Source of the DNA: an uncultured Acidimicrobiales bacterium
GTDB lineage: Bacteria; Actinomycetota; Acidimicrobiia; Acidimicrobiales; SHLQ01
Length of the DNA: 64,000 nucleotides
Reading direction: 5' to 3'
NCBI GenBank assembly: GCA_938040365.1
Contig: CALHXU010000056.1
Coordinates: 3,456 to 67,455 of the forward strand
Shown: positions 37,859 through 48,232 of the stretch, piece after piece
How positions within the stretch are numbered: position 1 is the stretch's first letter
Layout: every line of letters starts with the position of its first letter
The notes under the pieces: generated by a model
Seen by the model: the letters and a program-made list of their open reading frames with translations, nothing else
Databases searched by the model: none
Told to the model about the DNA's origin: nothing
Made by a program: the position numbers and the translations under genes

Positions 37859-38103
37859 GGGCCTGGTTCCTCCGGTCCCGATCATCGCGTATGACTGCTC
37901 TCGATGTGGTGCATACCTGCATCCGACTGCCCACCGAAGTCAATGGATGCTTCCATTCACCGCAGCGGGCAGTCGATTGCATGATCGTGCAACCCACGAC
38001 CCCTACTCGCTTTGCGTGGCGCGTTAAGCACCACACGTGAGAAAGGAAACCGCAGATTAGCAAAACATGCAAAACGAAGGCCCGACTTTTTCTCGAACGC
38101 GAA

Positions 38104-39198
38104 CTAGCCGAGTGCAGCTGATTCCACGATGCATCCGACGTTTCGATGGAGCACGGGGGTATCGGCGACCGACAGATCGATCCGATCGAGACACGTCAGC
38201 TCGGCGCCACCATTGAGAATCGACGCCAGCGAGACAAACTGGGTCCGATGGTCCTCGAAGGCCCCAAAGTTCACTCGAGCGCTCCCGACGAGCTCGGCGG
38301 TGAGCGCGAGGTTCTCGTCGAGGGTCCAGGTGGTGATCCAGGCTCGGAGCTGCTGAGGGACGTTGAGCGCTATGTCGAGGGCTCGTTCGACGTCGGGAAC
38401 ACCCTCACCAATGACGGTGCTTTCGACGATCGCGTTCGTCGAAACGATGAGTGGCACATTTGCCGGCGGAGTGGCCCGATGTTCCACAACGACACCGTCG
38501 CCGCTGATCACCGCCCATTCGCTGCCATCGGGGCGGCCAACTGCGGCGGCGACGCCTCGTTCTTCGATGACGACACGCACCGTCGATGGCCACACCCTGG
38601 TCACACTGACGTCGCGCACCCATGGAAGCTCGGCAACTGCAGCCTCGGCAGACTCGAAGTCATAGAGGAGCAACGCCTGATCCTCGGGGATGTCGAGGGC
38701 TGCTGCGATCAGCCCCTCATTTGTTCGAGCGTTACCGCTCAATTGCACCGAGTTGGCTTCGAAGAACGGCGCTTCCAGCAGCGCAATCGCAGTGGCGGTG
38801 ATCAACACGATCACAATGATGAGCCACCAGCGGACACGGCGGGCAAGGCCGCGCTCGCCCTGTGCCGACCAACGCTCGTCGCTTCCCTGCCCACGTGTTT
38901 GACGCTGACCAATGCTTTCGGCCGGGCGTTCGACTGGTGTCGATTGGTTTGGCTGTCCGGTTCGCCGTTTCACCGCGCCGTGTGCAGATTGGCCTCGATG
39001 TGACCGCGTTGTTGCCCGATGCACTGTGCGCCCCGCCGTAGTAGCGCGTTGTGGAGCGGTATCAGTGCGTTGTGGAGCGGTGGTGCCGCCTCGGGAGCCT
39101 TGGGAGCTTTGGGCGCGACGTCGAGGACCTGGTTTTGGTCGGGTCCCATGGCGAGCGCTCGACCCCAGATTCTGTTTTGGACTCGACCCACCCGTCAC
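38104..39198 (-). CDS. ftsQ: cell division protein FtsQ (POTRA) with a long basic N-terminal extension
   Basis: 364 aa. Transmembrane helix WWLIIVIVLITATAIALL followed by a POTRA-like region. 4-nt overlap with murB. Confidence 0.8.
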   Translation of the reverse strand: MTGGSSPKQNLGSSARHGTRPKPGPRRRAQSSQGSRGGTTAPQRTDTAPQRATTAGRTVHRATTRSHRGQSAHGAVKRRTGQPNQSTPVERPAESIGQRQTRGQGSDERWSAQGERGLARRVRWWLIIVIVLITATAIALLEAPFFEANSVQLSGNARTNEGLIAAALDIPEDQALLLYDFESAEAAVAELPWVRDVSVTRVWPSTVRVVIEERGVAAAVGRPDGSEWAVISGDGVVVEHRATPPANVPLIVSTNAIVESTVIGEGVPDVERALDIALNVPQQLRAWITTWTLDENLALTAELVGSARVNFGAFEDHRTQFVSLASILNGGAELTCLDRIDLSVADTPVLHRNVGCIVESAALG

Positions 39199-40298
39199 GG
39201 ACTTCCATCTTTCTTCAAATTGCTTCCTTGTTGCACGAACGCGACGTCGACTGCTGGAAACCCGACCAGGCGCGTCTCTGCGTGCAGCCGAATTCCCGAT
39301 GCCGACTCCACCGTTGCGACAATCTCCCGCATCAATGCCATCACATCATTGGCCGAACCGTTGGGATCTACCTGTATGAAATTTGCGTGGACGGTCGATA
39401 CCTCTGCAGATCCAATCCGTTCGCCCTTCATTCCCGCAGCATCGATCAGCCGTCCAGCCGAGTCGTTCGGCGGATTCGTGAAGACCGAACCAGCATTTTG
39501 ACCACCCGGTTGATTCGCTCGACGCCACCGGACAATCTCGCTCAGAGCGTCATCACCCACCGATGCACTACCCACCGATGCATTACCCACCGATGCATTA
39601 CCCACCGCAGGATCTCGGTCAGGTTCAGCCGCGAATTCGTCCACTAATTCTTTGCGGGCCTCGAGTGTTTCGAGTTTGAGCGTCGCTGCGATCACGAGGT
39701 GCCGCGGCGAAATGTTCGACGTGCGGTAGCCAAGCTCGAGCGCAGCAGCGTCTCGAGTGATGAGCTCACCCGAGCTGAGATCGATGATCTCGACCGATAC
39801 GAGGTTTGCTGCAAGGTCAGATCCGTGGCCGCCGGCGTTCATCCGAACGCCCCCACCAATCGTGCCCGGAACTCCTACCGCCCATTCGAACCCGGTGAGC
39901 CCATGGCGAACCGACGCACGGGCGACGAGGGGCAACATCGCCGCAGCACCAGCGGTGAGGACATCGTCTTCGACGGTGATGTTGGTGAACTCACCTGAGA
40001 GGACCACACCAACACCAGCAAAGCCGCCATCGGCCACGAGTAGGTTCGACCCCTTGCCAATCGGCAGCGTCGCAACGCTGGCACCTGAAGCGCTCATGTG
40101 GCCAAGGGTGCGGCCGAGATCGATCAGTGCTGCTCGGGACTCGACACGAGCTAGCACCGAGATCGGGCCGCCAACTCGGTACGTGCACAACGGTCCGGCA
40201 GACACGTTTCGTTCGACGACGAGACCATCGATCTGATCGAGTTGCGAGGCAACGGCGTCGAGGTCCGCGGCTGGATCTCGCTGTTCGTGAGTTGTCAC
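39195..40298 (-). CDS. murB: UDP-N-acetylenolpyruvoylglucosamine reductase
   Basis: GTG start in a GTGA overlap with the murC stop. FAD-binding domain (YRVGGP, GKGSNLLV), GSVFTNP. Contains a repeat insertion AVGNASVGNASVGSASVG. Confidence 0.9.
   Translation of the reverse strand: MTTHEQRDPAADLDAVASQLDQIDGLVVERNVSAGPLCTYRVGGPISVLARVESRAALIDLGRTLGHMSASGASVATLPIGKGSNLLVADGGFAGVGVVLSGEFTNITVEDDVLTAGAAAMLPLVARASVRHGLTGFEWAVGVPGTIGGGVRMNAGGHGSDLAANLVSVEIIDLSSGELITRDAAALELGYRTSNISPRHLVIAATLKLETLEARKELVDEFAAEPDRDPAVGNASVGNASVGSASVGDDALSEIVRWRRANQPGGQNAGSVFTNPPNDSAGRLIDAAGMKGERIGSAEVSTVHANFIQVDPNGSANDVMALMREIVATVESASGIRLHAETRLVGFPAVDVAFVQQGSNLKKDGSP
39556..39609. repeat. 15-bp tandem repeat x3.6 inside murB (cccaccgatgcaYta)
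   Basis: Units at 39556, 39571 and 39586, with a partial unit at 39601. In frame, encoding (V/A)GNAS repeats. Confidence 0.9.
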
Positions 40299-41698
40299 TG
40301 CACCTCCCCGCGAAGGATCGGTTGCACCTCGTCGGGTATTTGCACAAGGTCGCCCGCACCCAACGTCAGGCACAGATCGCCAGGCTTCAAGATGTCGGCG
40401 AGTGCGCTCGCGAGCGTCGTCCGATCCTCGTGATAAATAATTTCGGGATGGCCGTCGCGTCGGCGAACCGCTTCGACGATCAATTCGCCGGTGATCCCCG
40501 GGCGCGGGGCTTCCCCAGAAGAATAGATGTCGGTGAGTACGACGAGGTCGGCCTCGTCGAAAACGCCTTCGAACTCTTCCCAGACCGCTTCGGTTCGGCT
40601 GTACCGATGGGGTTGGAAGACGGCCACCAATCGATCGTGGTTCGTGTCGGCGCCAGCCGACAGCGCGGCCTTCACCTCGGTCGGCAGGTGGGCGTAGTCA
40701 TCGATGAAGGTCACTCCTGCGGCGGTTCCCCGCTGGTCAAATCGTCGCCCGACGCCAGCGAAGCTCGACAGCGCGGTCTGGCACGCTTCGAAGGGCAAGC
40801 CCATCTCGAGCGCTGCTGCGGTTGCCGCAGCTGCATTTCGGGCGTTGTGCATGCCGGGCATCGGCACGCGAATCTCACCCAACAAGACGCCAGCTCGAAC
40901 CAATTCGAAGCTGATCGACGACGACCCGCGCTCGATGTTGTCGAGAACATAGGTCGCAGACTCATCCACGCCGTAGGTCACGACATTCGATCGACCGCCG
41001 AGCGCGGCTGCGCCTTCGTCATCGGCACAGATGACCGCGACCGGTGACGCATCGACAAATGCTTGGAATGCACTCCGGAGGTTCGCCTCATTCCCGTAGA
41101 ACTCGAGGTGATCACGTTCAACGTTGGTCACGATGCCGACGCGATGTCCAAGACCAAAGCCAGAACCGTCGCTCTCGTCGGCTTCGAGGACGAACCACTC
41201 TCCCTCGCCCCAACGAGCGCCACTTCCAAGGTCGGGGACGACGCCGCCGATGATGTAGCTGGGGTTCGCTCCGGCTTCGGCACAGATAACGGCGAGCATC
41301 GATGTTGTTGTGGTCTTGCCGTGGGTTCCGGCAACGGCCACGGTCTTCTTCAGCGCCGCGATTGCGGCGAGCACCTCGCCGCGGTGCAAGACCCTCGTTC
41401 CCTGCTCTTCGAGCGCCACGACCTCGACGTTGCTGTCTGGAACCGCGGTCGATTTCATCGCGACGTCCGGATTGCCGACGTTGGCTGCGTCGTGACCAAC
41501 GATCGCATCGATCCCGAGCGAGCGAAGGCGGGTGATGGAGTCCGAGGTGGACATATCACTGCCTCGAACTCGGTGCCCCATGCCGTCGAGAAGTTCGGCA
41601 ATTGCGGCCATGCCCGCACCGCCGATCGCAATCAGGTACACCTCGGTGGGTTCAGATAGATCGAGTAGCCGTTCTGGTGCGGAGTCGTTCCTTGTCAT
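40295..41698 (-). CDS. murC: UDP-N-acetylmuramate--L-alanine ligase
   Basis: 467 aa. GIGGAGM, GTHGKTTTT P-loop, Mur ligase middle and C-terminal domains. Confidence 0.95.
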   Translation of the reverse strand: MTRNDSAPERLLDLSEPTEVYLIAIGGAGMAAIAELLDGMGHRVRGSDMSTSDSITRLRSLGIDAIVGHDAANVGNPDVAMKSTAVPDSNVEVVALEEQGTRVLHRGEVLAAIAALKKTVAVAGTHGKTTTTSMLAVICAEAGANPSYIIGGVVPDLGSGARWGEGEWFVLEADESDGSGFGLGHRVGIVTNVERDHLEFYGNEANLRSAFQAFVDASPVAVICADDEGAAALGGRSNVVTYGVDESATYVLDNIERGSSSISFELVRAGVLLGEIRVPMPGMHNARNAAAATAAALEMGLPFEACQTALSSFAGVGRRFDQRGTAAGVTFIDDYAHLPTEVKAALSAGADTNHDRLVAVFQPHRYSRTEAVWEEFEGVFDEADLVVLTDIYSSGEAPRPGITGELIVEAVRRRDGHPEIIYHEDRTTLASALADILKPGDLCLTLGAGDLVQIPDEVQPILRGEVQ

Positions 41699-42933
41699 GG
41701 CTGGTGCTCCTCAACAACGTCGACGACCGCCGATGCTGCATCGGGCCGACCCACCGACCGCGCTGCCTCGCGCATTGTCCGCAGCGTTTCGGGTTCTGCG
41801 ATCAACCTGGTGACCACATCGATAAAGCTCGCGGCATCGAAATCTGCATCGGCAATGATCTCGGCACCGCCTGGACGCTCGAGCGCCCGAGCGTTTGCGG
41901 TCTGATGATCCCCAGGCGCGCCGGGCAACGGAATCAGGACCGCTGGGGTTCCGGTGACCGCCAATTCGGCGCAGCTCGTCGCACCAGCACGGCAGACGAC
42001 GAGGTCACACGCTGCGTACACGCTCGCCATGTCGTCTTCGTACTCGATAGGCGTGTAGGTAAGTCCGGTAAGCAAATCGTGGCTCACTCGCGACGTCACA
42101 TCTTCGAAGTCCCGTTTGCCAATGATGTGGCGAATCACCAAACCGGTGCCGTTCTTTTCGGTGCGGTCTTCTCCAACTCGGTCTTCCCCAAGGCGAGCAG
42201 CGAGTGTCGCGAGCGCGTCGACGACCGCGTTGTTGATCGTCCGGGCACCGAGCGACCCACCAAAGACGACGATCATCGTTGCGTCCTCAGCAACGCCGAG
42301 CAACGCTCGTGCCTCGCCCCGGGTGTTGACACCATTTGCGACGTCGAGAATCTCAGGACGTACCGGGTTGCCCGTCCAGACCGTTCGTGGGAGGTCGGTG
42401 CCCTCGTAGGAAACCGCGCACGCCTTCGCGAACTTTCCAATGATGGTGTTCGCCAAACCCGGAACGGCGTTTTGCTCGGCGACAACGACCGGAATTCTGA
42501 GCAGGATCGCACCAACACCAGCAGGGACGCTCGCGTACCCACCTAGCGCGACGACGATGCCTGGCCGGTGTTCTCGAAGGAGCGAGAACGACGACACAAA
42601 CGCCCGCAATAGTCCGAGCAGCGCACCGATGTTGTCGGTTGTCATTCGACGCTGAATGCCACGCCCGGGAAGCAATGTCAGCGGGAATCCAGCGTTGGGG
42701 ACAATCGTTGCCTCGACGCCGCGCTCGGACCCTACGAAGTGAATATCTGACGGTGCAGCACCGCGCGCCACAAGCTCTTTGCCGATCGCGATGCCGGGCA
42801 GGACATGGCCCGCGGTTCCTCCGCCAACGATGAATACTTCGCTCACTGATCTCTTTCTGTCGAGTGCCCTGCGGACATCTTCATCGCCGCTAGCGAGTAC
42901 TGCGTGCAACGTTAAAGACGAGGCCGACCCCAA
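41695..42933 (-). CDS. murG: UDP-GlcNAc:lipid I N-acetylglucosaminyltransferase
   Basis: GGGTAGHVLPGIAI N-terminal motif and a GT28 C-terminal domain. The start is uncertain (TTG at 42933 or GTG at 42846). Confidence 0.92.
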   Translation of the reverse strand: MGSASSLTLHAVLASGDEDVRRALDRKRSVSEVFIVGGGTAGHVLPGIAIGKELVARGAAPSDIHFVGSERGVEATIVPNAGFPLTLLPGRGIQRRMTTDNIGALLGLLRAFVSSFSLLREHRPGIVVALGGYASVPAGVGAILLRIPVVVAEQNAVPGLANTIIGKFAKACAVSYEGTDLPRTVWTGNPVRPEILDVANGVNTRGEARALLGVAEDATMIVVFGGSLGARTINNAVVDALATLAARLGEDRVGEDRTEKNGTGLVIRHIIGKRDFEDVTSRVSHDLLTGLTYTPIEYEDDMASVYAACDLVVCRAGATSCAELAVTGTPAVLIPLPGAPGDHQTANARALERPGGAEIIADADFDAASFIDVVTRLIAEPETLRTMREAARSVGRPDAASAVVDVVEEHQP

Positions 42934-44164
42934 CGAGTGTGGTCACGAGCGAGGTGCCGCCCGCCGACATGAAGGGAAGTGGCACTCCGGTGATTGGCAA
43001 GACACCGAGAACGGCACCGATGTTGATGAACGCCTGCACCAAGATCCACGACGTCACACCAACGACGAGGAGCGCTCCAAATCGGTCGGCCCGACGGGCA
43101 ACGACCAGTCCAGTAATTCCAAATACCACATAGCCCAAGACGACGATCGATGCGCCGACCAGGCCAAACTCTTCGGCCGTCACGGCAAACACGAAGTCGT
43201 TGTGGGCCTCGGGCAAGAACCCGTACTTGCCTCGACTTTCCCCAATTCCAACGCCGGTGATACCACCGTTCGCGACCGACACGAGCGACTGAATTGTTTG
43301 CCAACCATCGCCGAGCGGGTCCTGCCACGGGTCTTGAAATGCGAGAAGTCGATCCCGTCGATACGGCGCAAAGTAGGCCAACGCCGAGGCTGCGGTTGCG
43401 CTCAAGAGCCCAAGGCCCGCGATGTACACCACCCGAACACCGCTCGCGAACAACGCTGCGAGCCCAATGACGAACAAGATGATCGTCGTTCCGAGGTTGG
43501 GCTGCAACAAGATCAACCCACTGAACGCCACCAACACCACCACGATTGGTTTGAGCTGGCGGTTGACTTCAACCTTCTTTGAACGAGCGAGGTTGTCAGC
43601 GGCGAACAAGACCAGCGAAAGCTTTGCGATCTCCGACGGCTGGAACTGGACCGGGCCGAGCCGGATCCAGCGCTGGGCTCCGTTGACCGAAACGCCGAAC
43701 TGAGGAAACAGCACCGCGACGAGCATCACGAGCGAAACGATAAGAATCGGGACCGTGAAGCGTCGAAGGAGCCGGTAGTCGATCAAGGTTGCAGCGACCA
43801 TCGCAAAGGCGCCGAGGCCGAGCCACGTTGCCTGGGAAATGAACTCTCCCCACGGCGATCCCGTCGAAGTGAGCGAAGTGACCGACGAGGCCGACAACAC
43901 CATCGTAAGTCCGAGCAGCGAGAGGCCCGTCACGATCGTCAACAAGACGAGAAAGGCATTCTGTCCGACGTTTGGATTTGCTCGCGTGTTCCCTCGGCGA
44001 GCGGTCGATGTCCGCCGCGCCGTCAAGGTTCGTGTCGCTGCGGTCTTTGACGCAGCCGCACGCTGTGGTCGGCTCGCCGCGTGAGTACGACGCGATGTTG
44101 CTGCTCGACCTTTTGCTCGGCTTCGGGTTGCGTTGTTGTTCGTTTTTCGTCGAGTCTGCGTCAT
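42890..44164 (-). CDS. ftsW: SEDS-family peptidoglycan polymerase / lipid II flippase FtsW
   Basis: 424 aa. Basic N-terminus, about 10 transmembrane segments, PEAHNDF and SAGGTS motifs. Confidence 0.93.
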   Translation of the reverse strand: MTQTRRKTNNNATRSRAKGRAATSRRTHAASRPQRAAASKTAATRTLTARRTSTARRGNTRANPNVGQNAFLVLLTIVTGLSLLGLTMVLSASSVTSLTSTGSPWGEFISQATWLGLGAFAMVAATLIDYRLLRRFTVPILIVSLVMLVAVLFPQFGVSVNGAQRWIRLGPVQFQPSEIAKLSLVLFAADNLARSKKVEVNRQLKPIVVVLVAFSGLILLQPNLGTTIILFVIGLAALFASGVRVVYIAGLGLLSATAASALAYFAPYRRDRLLAFQDPWQDPLGDGWQTIQSLVSVANGGITGVGIGESRGKYGFLPEAHNDFVFAVTAEEFGLVGASIVVLGYVVFGITGLVVARRADRFGALLVVGVTSWILVQAFINIGAVLGVLPITGVPLPFMSAGGTSLVTTLVGVGLVFNVARSTR

Positions 44165-45573
44165 TGGTGACCATCGGTGGTTGTGTTGCTCAATTCTGTC
44201 TCATTCCGGTGGTCGATTAGTGCATGCACAACCGCAATGAAGTCATTTCCGCGCGCGCCGTAGTTCTCGTATTGGTCAAAGGACGCACAACCTGGAGACA
44301 ACAACACCACATCGCCCTCTTCAGCGAGGCGAAATGCAGCAGCGACCGCTTCGGTCATGTTCACTGCACGTTCCACCGGGCAACGCCCAGCGAACGCCGA
44401 CGCGACCTCTTCGGCCGCGTCGCCAAGGGCCACAACGCAACGGATTCGATCTGCACTCTCGGCCATCTCTCCGAGGTCGAGGCCCTTATTTTTGCCGCCC
44501 GCAATCAAGACCACCGATTCGAATCCCGAGACCGCCGTATTGACCGCGTGGGGCACCGTTGCTTTGGAATCGTTGTAGAACGCAACGCCCGAGAGCGTCG
44601 CCACATATTGAATGCGGTGAGGCGCAAGCACATGGGAGCTGACCGCACGAGAAATTCCGGCTGGAGTCGCACCGAGGTGCAACGCGAGGGCTCCGGCGAC
44701 CAACGTGTTCGTGATGTCGTGGGCAAAGCTCCGAGGCAGCGAGTCAAGCGAACAGATCTCGACTCCTTCGACGAGCAACCGACCGTCCTCAACAAAGGCG
44801 TTCGCGCCGTTACCGGGTGCTGTAGCGACTCGGACGGTGTTGATGTCGGGTCCGTCTGGAAGATGCGAGGTAACCACGGGGTCATCGACGGGAGCAACCG
44901 CCAAGGCCCCCGGAGCGAGGTTCGCCCAGATCTTGGCCTTTGCCGCTTCGTAGTGCGCGAGCGACTCATGCACATCGAGGTGGTCGGGGCTGAAGTTCAG
45001 CCACGCTGCGGCGGCTGGGGTGAACCGCTCGGCGTGGCCGAGACGAAACGACGAGGCCTCGACGACGAACACGTCGTAGTCGGGCGAGTCGATCACCTCG
45101 ACGAGCGGAACGTCAGTATTGCCAACGGCGACCGCAGCTACCCCTGACGCCTCCAACATTGCAACGGTGAGCATCGTCACCGAGGTCTTGCCATCGGTGC
45201 CGGTAATCGCAGCGATTGGACGGTCGTCGAACCAGCGAGCGATGTCGAACTCAGAAATCACACGTGTCGTCGATTCACGGGCCGCGGCGAACGCGACGTG
45301 ATGCTCGGGCACCCCCGGGCTCGGCACGAACGCCGCGGCGACCAAAAACAGTTCGTCGAAGGTGGAGCGGTCCGCTTCTGCAATGAAGGCACAACCAACC
45401 TCGTCGACAAACCGGTTGGTCTCGGGCGTTGGATGGTCGTCGATAGCCGTCACCAAAATCCCGCGGTTGACGAGCGCTTTGGTCACCGCTCGACCAGCGA
45501 TCCCGAGGCCGAGAACGACCGCGACATCACCGGGTTCCAACGGGGCGCTCGCGATATCGCGAGGTTGGCTCAT
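44161..45573 (-). CDS. murD: UDP-N-acetylmuramoylalanine--D-glutamate ligase
   Basis: 470 aa. GLGIAGRA, GTDGKTS, Mur ligase domains. Sits between mraY and ftsW. Confidence 0.93.
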   Translation of the reverse strand: MSQPRDIASAPLEPGDVAVVLGLGIAGRAVTKALVNRGILVTAIDDHPTPETNRFVDEVGCAFIAEADRSTFDELFLVAAAFVPSPGVPEHHVAFAAARESTTRVISEFDIARWFDDRPIAAITGTDGKTSVTMLTVAMLEASGVAAVAVGNTDVPLVEVIDSPDYDVFVVEASSFRLGHAERFTPAAAAWLNFSPDHLDVHESLAHYEAAKAKIWANLAPGALAVAPVDDPVVTSHLPDGPDINTVRVATAPGNGANAFVEDGRLLVEGVEICSLDSLPRSFAHDITNTLVAGALALHLGATPAGISRAVSSHVLAPHRIQYVATLSGVAFYNDSKATVPHAVNTAVSGFESVVLIAGGKNKGLDLGEMAESADRIRCVVALGDAAEEVASAFAGRCPVERAVNMTEAVAAAFRLAEEGDVVLLSPGCASFDQYENYGARGNDFIAVVHALIDHRNETELSNTTTDGHQ

Positions 45574-46625
45574 GCGGTAATTCCCTGAACGATCGAGTCC
45601 CAGTAGAAGATGCCAACGCCGGCACCGGTCGACAGCCCGGTGAGCAGCCAGAACCGGATGATGACTCGCGTTTCGGGCCAGCCGGCGAGCTCAAAGTGGT
45701 GATGGATTGGTGCCATGCGAAAGAGGCGTTTGCCGTTCTTTACCTTGAATACGCCGACTTGCAAGATCACCGAGACCGTCTCTGCAACAAAGACGAGTCC
45801 CATGATCGGCAACAACAGGTGCGTGTTTGTCGTGAGCGCGAGCCCAGCGAGCGCCGTACCGATTGCGAGCGAACCGGTATCGCCCATGAAGATCTGTGCT
45901 GGCGCGGCGTTCCACCAAAGAAAGCCCACACATCCGCCGAGCATCGATACCGAGATCACGGCCAGGTCGAGCGCATGGGGAATGTCGTAGTCCGCCGGGT
46001 GCCGGAACGCCCAGAACGCAATGAAGGTGTAGCCCGCAAAGTTGAGAATCGCCGCACCTGAAGCAAGCCCGTCGAGACCATCGGTCAGGTTGACCGCGTT
46101 GGCCGTCGCGAGCAACAAGAGCACCGCCCAAATCGACCAGAGGAAACGACCGAGGTCGATACCGATCGAGTCGAAACGCGTAAAGGAGATCTCGGTATGG
46201 ATGTTTGTGAAGCTGCCGAGCAGTACGGCGAAAAGGACTGCAACGCTCACCAGGCCAATGACTTTGGCTCGTTTGTTGAGGCCTAGGTTTCGCTCTCGGG
46301 AAATCTTGATCCAGTCATCGAGGAACCCAACCAGACCTGTCGCCAAGATGGCCCCCATCAAGATCAGGCCAGTTCGAGTGAAAATGATCGACGTGCCGAC
46401 GCCAAAGATGTTGGCGACGTCGGCGGCGATGTAGCCACTAAAGGCGCCGACGAGAATGGCGATGCCGCCCATCGTTGGCGTACCGGCCTTTACTAAGTGG
46501 CCCTGCGGACCGTCTTCACGGATTGGCTGTCCGACCTTTGCCTTGGTCAAAAAGTCGATGAGGAATCGTGTACCGAACAACGAGATGGTGACCGACGTTG
46601 CCGCCGCAATGAGTAGGCGAATCAT
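45570..46625 (-). CDS. mraY: phospho-N-acetylmuramoyl-pentapeptide transferase
   Basis: 351 aa. GTPTMGG, NAVNLTDGLDGLA, MGDTGSL and PIHHHFE motifs. Confidence 0.96.
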   Translation of the reverse strand: MIRLLIAAATSVTISLFGTRFLIDFLTKAKVGQPIREDGPQGHLVKAGTPTMGGIAILVGAFSGYIAADVANIFGVGTSIIFTRTGLILMGAILATGLVGFLDDWIKISRERNLGLNKRAKVIGLVSVAVLFAVLLGSFTNIHTEISFTRFDSIGIDLGRFLWSIWAVLLLLATANAVNLTDGLDGLASGAAILNFAGYTFIAFWAFRHPADYDIPHALDLAVISVSMLGGCVGFLWWNAAPAQIFMGDTGSLAIGTALAGLALTTNTHLLLPIMGLVFVAETVSVILQVGVFKVKNGKRLFRMAPIHHHFELAGWPETRVIIRFWLLTGLSTGAGVGIFYWDSIVQGITA

Positions 46626-48232
46626 TGGTCACCGCCTCGTACAGCGTTCTCGCCAGGTTCGCTGGCGTCCTCGCTAGATTCGATAGCGTCGTCGCCAGAT
46701 GCGATCGCGAGAGTCCACCCCGCGCGGGCCAGCGCGTCTCGAGCGTGCACACGGTCATCGAAGTCGGTTCGGGTCGTTCCCATAATCTGGTAGGTCTCGT
46801 GGCCTTTCCCCGCAATGATGACAGTGTCGCCCGCGCGTGCTTCTGAAATGGCTTCAACGATTGCCTCCGAGCGGCCCACGACCCGGTTCACGACGCATTC
46901 TGTCGACACGCCAACAATCACTTCGTCGACAATCTTTGCAGGATCTTCGGTCCGGGGGTTGTCAGAGGTGACATAAAGTACGTCGGCGGCACTCGCTGCC
47001 TCTCCCATCAATGGGCGCTTCGACACATCACGGTCGCCGCCGGCTCCAAAGACGATGATCACCCGTCCATCCGACAGTTCTCGGGCGCTGGCGATGGCAA
47101 CGGCGATGCTCGCAGGCGTATGGGAGTAGTCGACCACGACACCGAAGGGTTGGCCATGATCGACGCTTTCGAAACGCCCCGGAACTTGGGGAGCGACCCG
47201 GAGCGATTTTGCGACCTCGATCGGCTCGAATCCGAGCAGGACTGCGGCTTCGGCCGCCAACACAGCATTGTTCACATTGAACGAGCCCCCGAGCGGGAGA
47301 CGGATCTCGAATTCTCGCCACATAAACGTCGACGATCCGCTCGAAAGCATTCCGGCTGACGCAATCTCGTCACCTGCAACGGTCACGAGCGGGCGAGCAG
47401 TGGCTGCATCCCCCTGGTTGAGGCTTTCGGCGTGCTGGGTTTCGCGAACGCGGTCGGCGAGGCGTCTTCCGTAGGCGTCGGAGGTGTCGATCACGTGCGC
47501 GGCGCCGACCTCAGGGGCGAACAGTCGGGCCTTGGCCTCGAAGTAGTCGTCCATGTCGGCGTGATAGTCGAGGTGGTCTTGGGTGAGGTTCGTAAAGACC
47601 GCGACAGCAACCTGCGCGCCCGCGATGCGCTGCTGGTCGAGTGCGTGCGAAGAGACTTCGGCCGCAATGACCGTAGCCCCGTCATTGCGACGTTCGCTCA
47701 CGGCGAGATGAAAGTCGGGCGCTGCTGCCGTCGTGAGTGAGCCGGTGAGCGTGCCCATAGCCGCGGCGATCCCGCCGCAATGGTTGACGACATGAGTGAG
47801 GATCGAGACGATCGACGTCTTTCCGTTCGTGCCGGTGACCGCGACGAGCGCCACATCATCGGTCGGGAACGAAAAGAACGCAGCGGCGAGAAACCCGGTG
47901 GCCTTGGCCGTATCGGAACTGACGATGACCGCAACACCGAGCTCATCGGCACTCGATTCAGCTGTGCCCGATTCAGCTGTGCGCAAGACGCATACCGCGC
48001 CGCGCTCCACCGCGTGGGCAATGTAGTTGTGCCCGTCGACCGAATGGCCCCGAATCGCGCAGAAGATGCTCCCGGGTTCGACCTCTCGGCTGTCTTGGGT
48101 CACCGAGGTGACATCGATGGTTTGACTTTTCGGATTACCGATCAGCTCGGCAGCATTCGAGAGGAGCCCGGGCGCGCGTTGCTCGACATCTCTGACCACG
48201 TCGGCGAGTGACCGGCGCGGCCCCTTAGCCAT
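46622..48232 (-). CDS. murE: UDP-MurNAc-L-Ala-D-Glu--2,6-diaminopimelate ligase
   Basis: Starts at MAKGPRR (8-nt overlap with ftsI). QDSREVEPGSIF, GTNGKTS, EVSSHALDQQR, TSDNPRTEDP (DNPR is diagnostic of MurE), GKGHE. An acidic C-terminal extension overlaps the mraY start by 4 nt. Confidence 0.92.
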   Translation of the reverse strand: MAKGPRRSLADVVRDVEQRAPGLLSNAAELIGNPKSQTIDVTSVTQDSREVEPGSIFCAIRGHSVDGHNYIAHAVERGAVCVLRTAESGTAESSADELGVAVIVSSDTAKATGFLAAAFFSFPTDDVALVAVTGTNGKTSIVSILTHVVNHCGGIAAAMGTLTGSLTTAAAPDFHLAVSERRNDGATVIAAEVSSHALDQQRIAGAQVAVAVFTNLTQDHLDYHADMDDYFEAKARLFAPEVGAAHVIDTSDAYGRRLADRVRETQHAESLNQGDAATARPLVTVAGDEIASAGMLSSGSSTFMWREFEIRLPLGGSFNVNNAVLAAEAAVLLGFEPIEVAKSLRVAPQVPGRFESVDHGQPFGVVVDYSHTPASIAVAIASARELSDGRVIIVFGAGGDRDVSKRPLMGEAASAADVLYVTSDNPRTEDPAKIVDEVIVGVSTECVVNRVVGRSEAIVEAISEARAGDTVIIAGKGHETYQIMGTTRTDFDDRVHARDALARAGWTLAIASGDDAIESSEDASEPGENAVRGGDQ

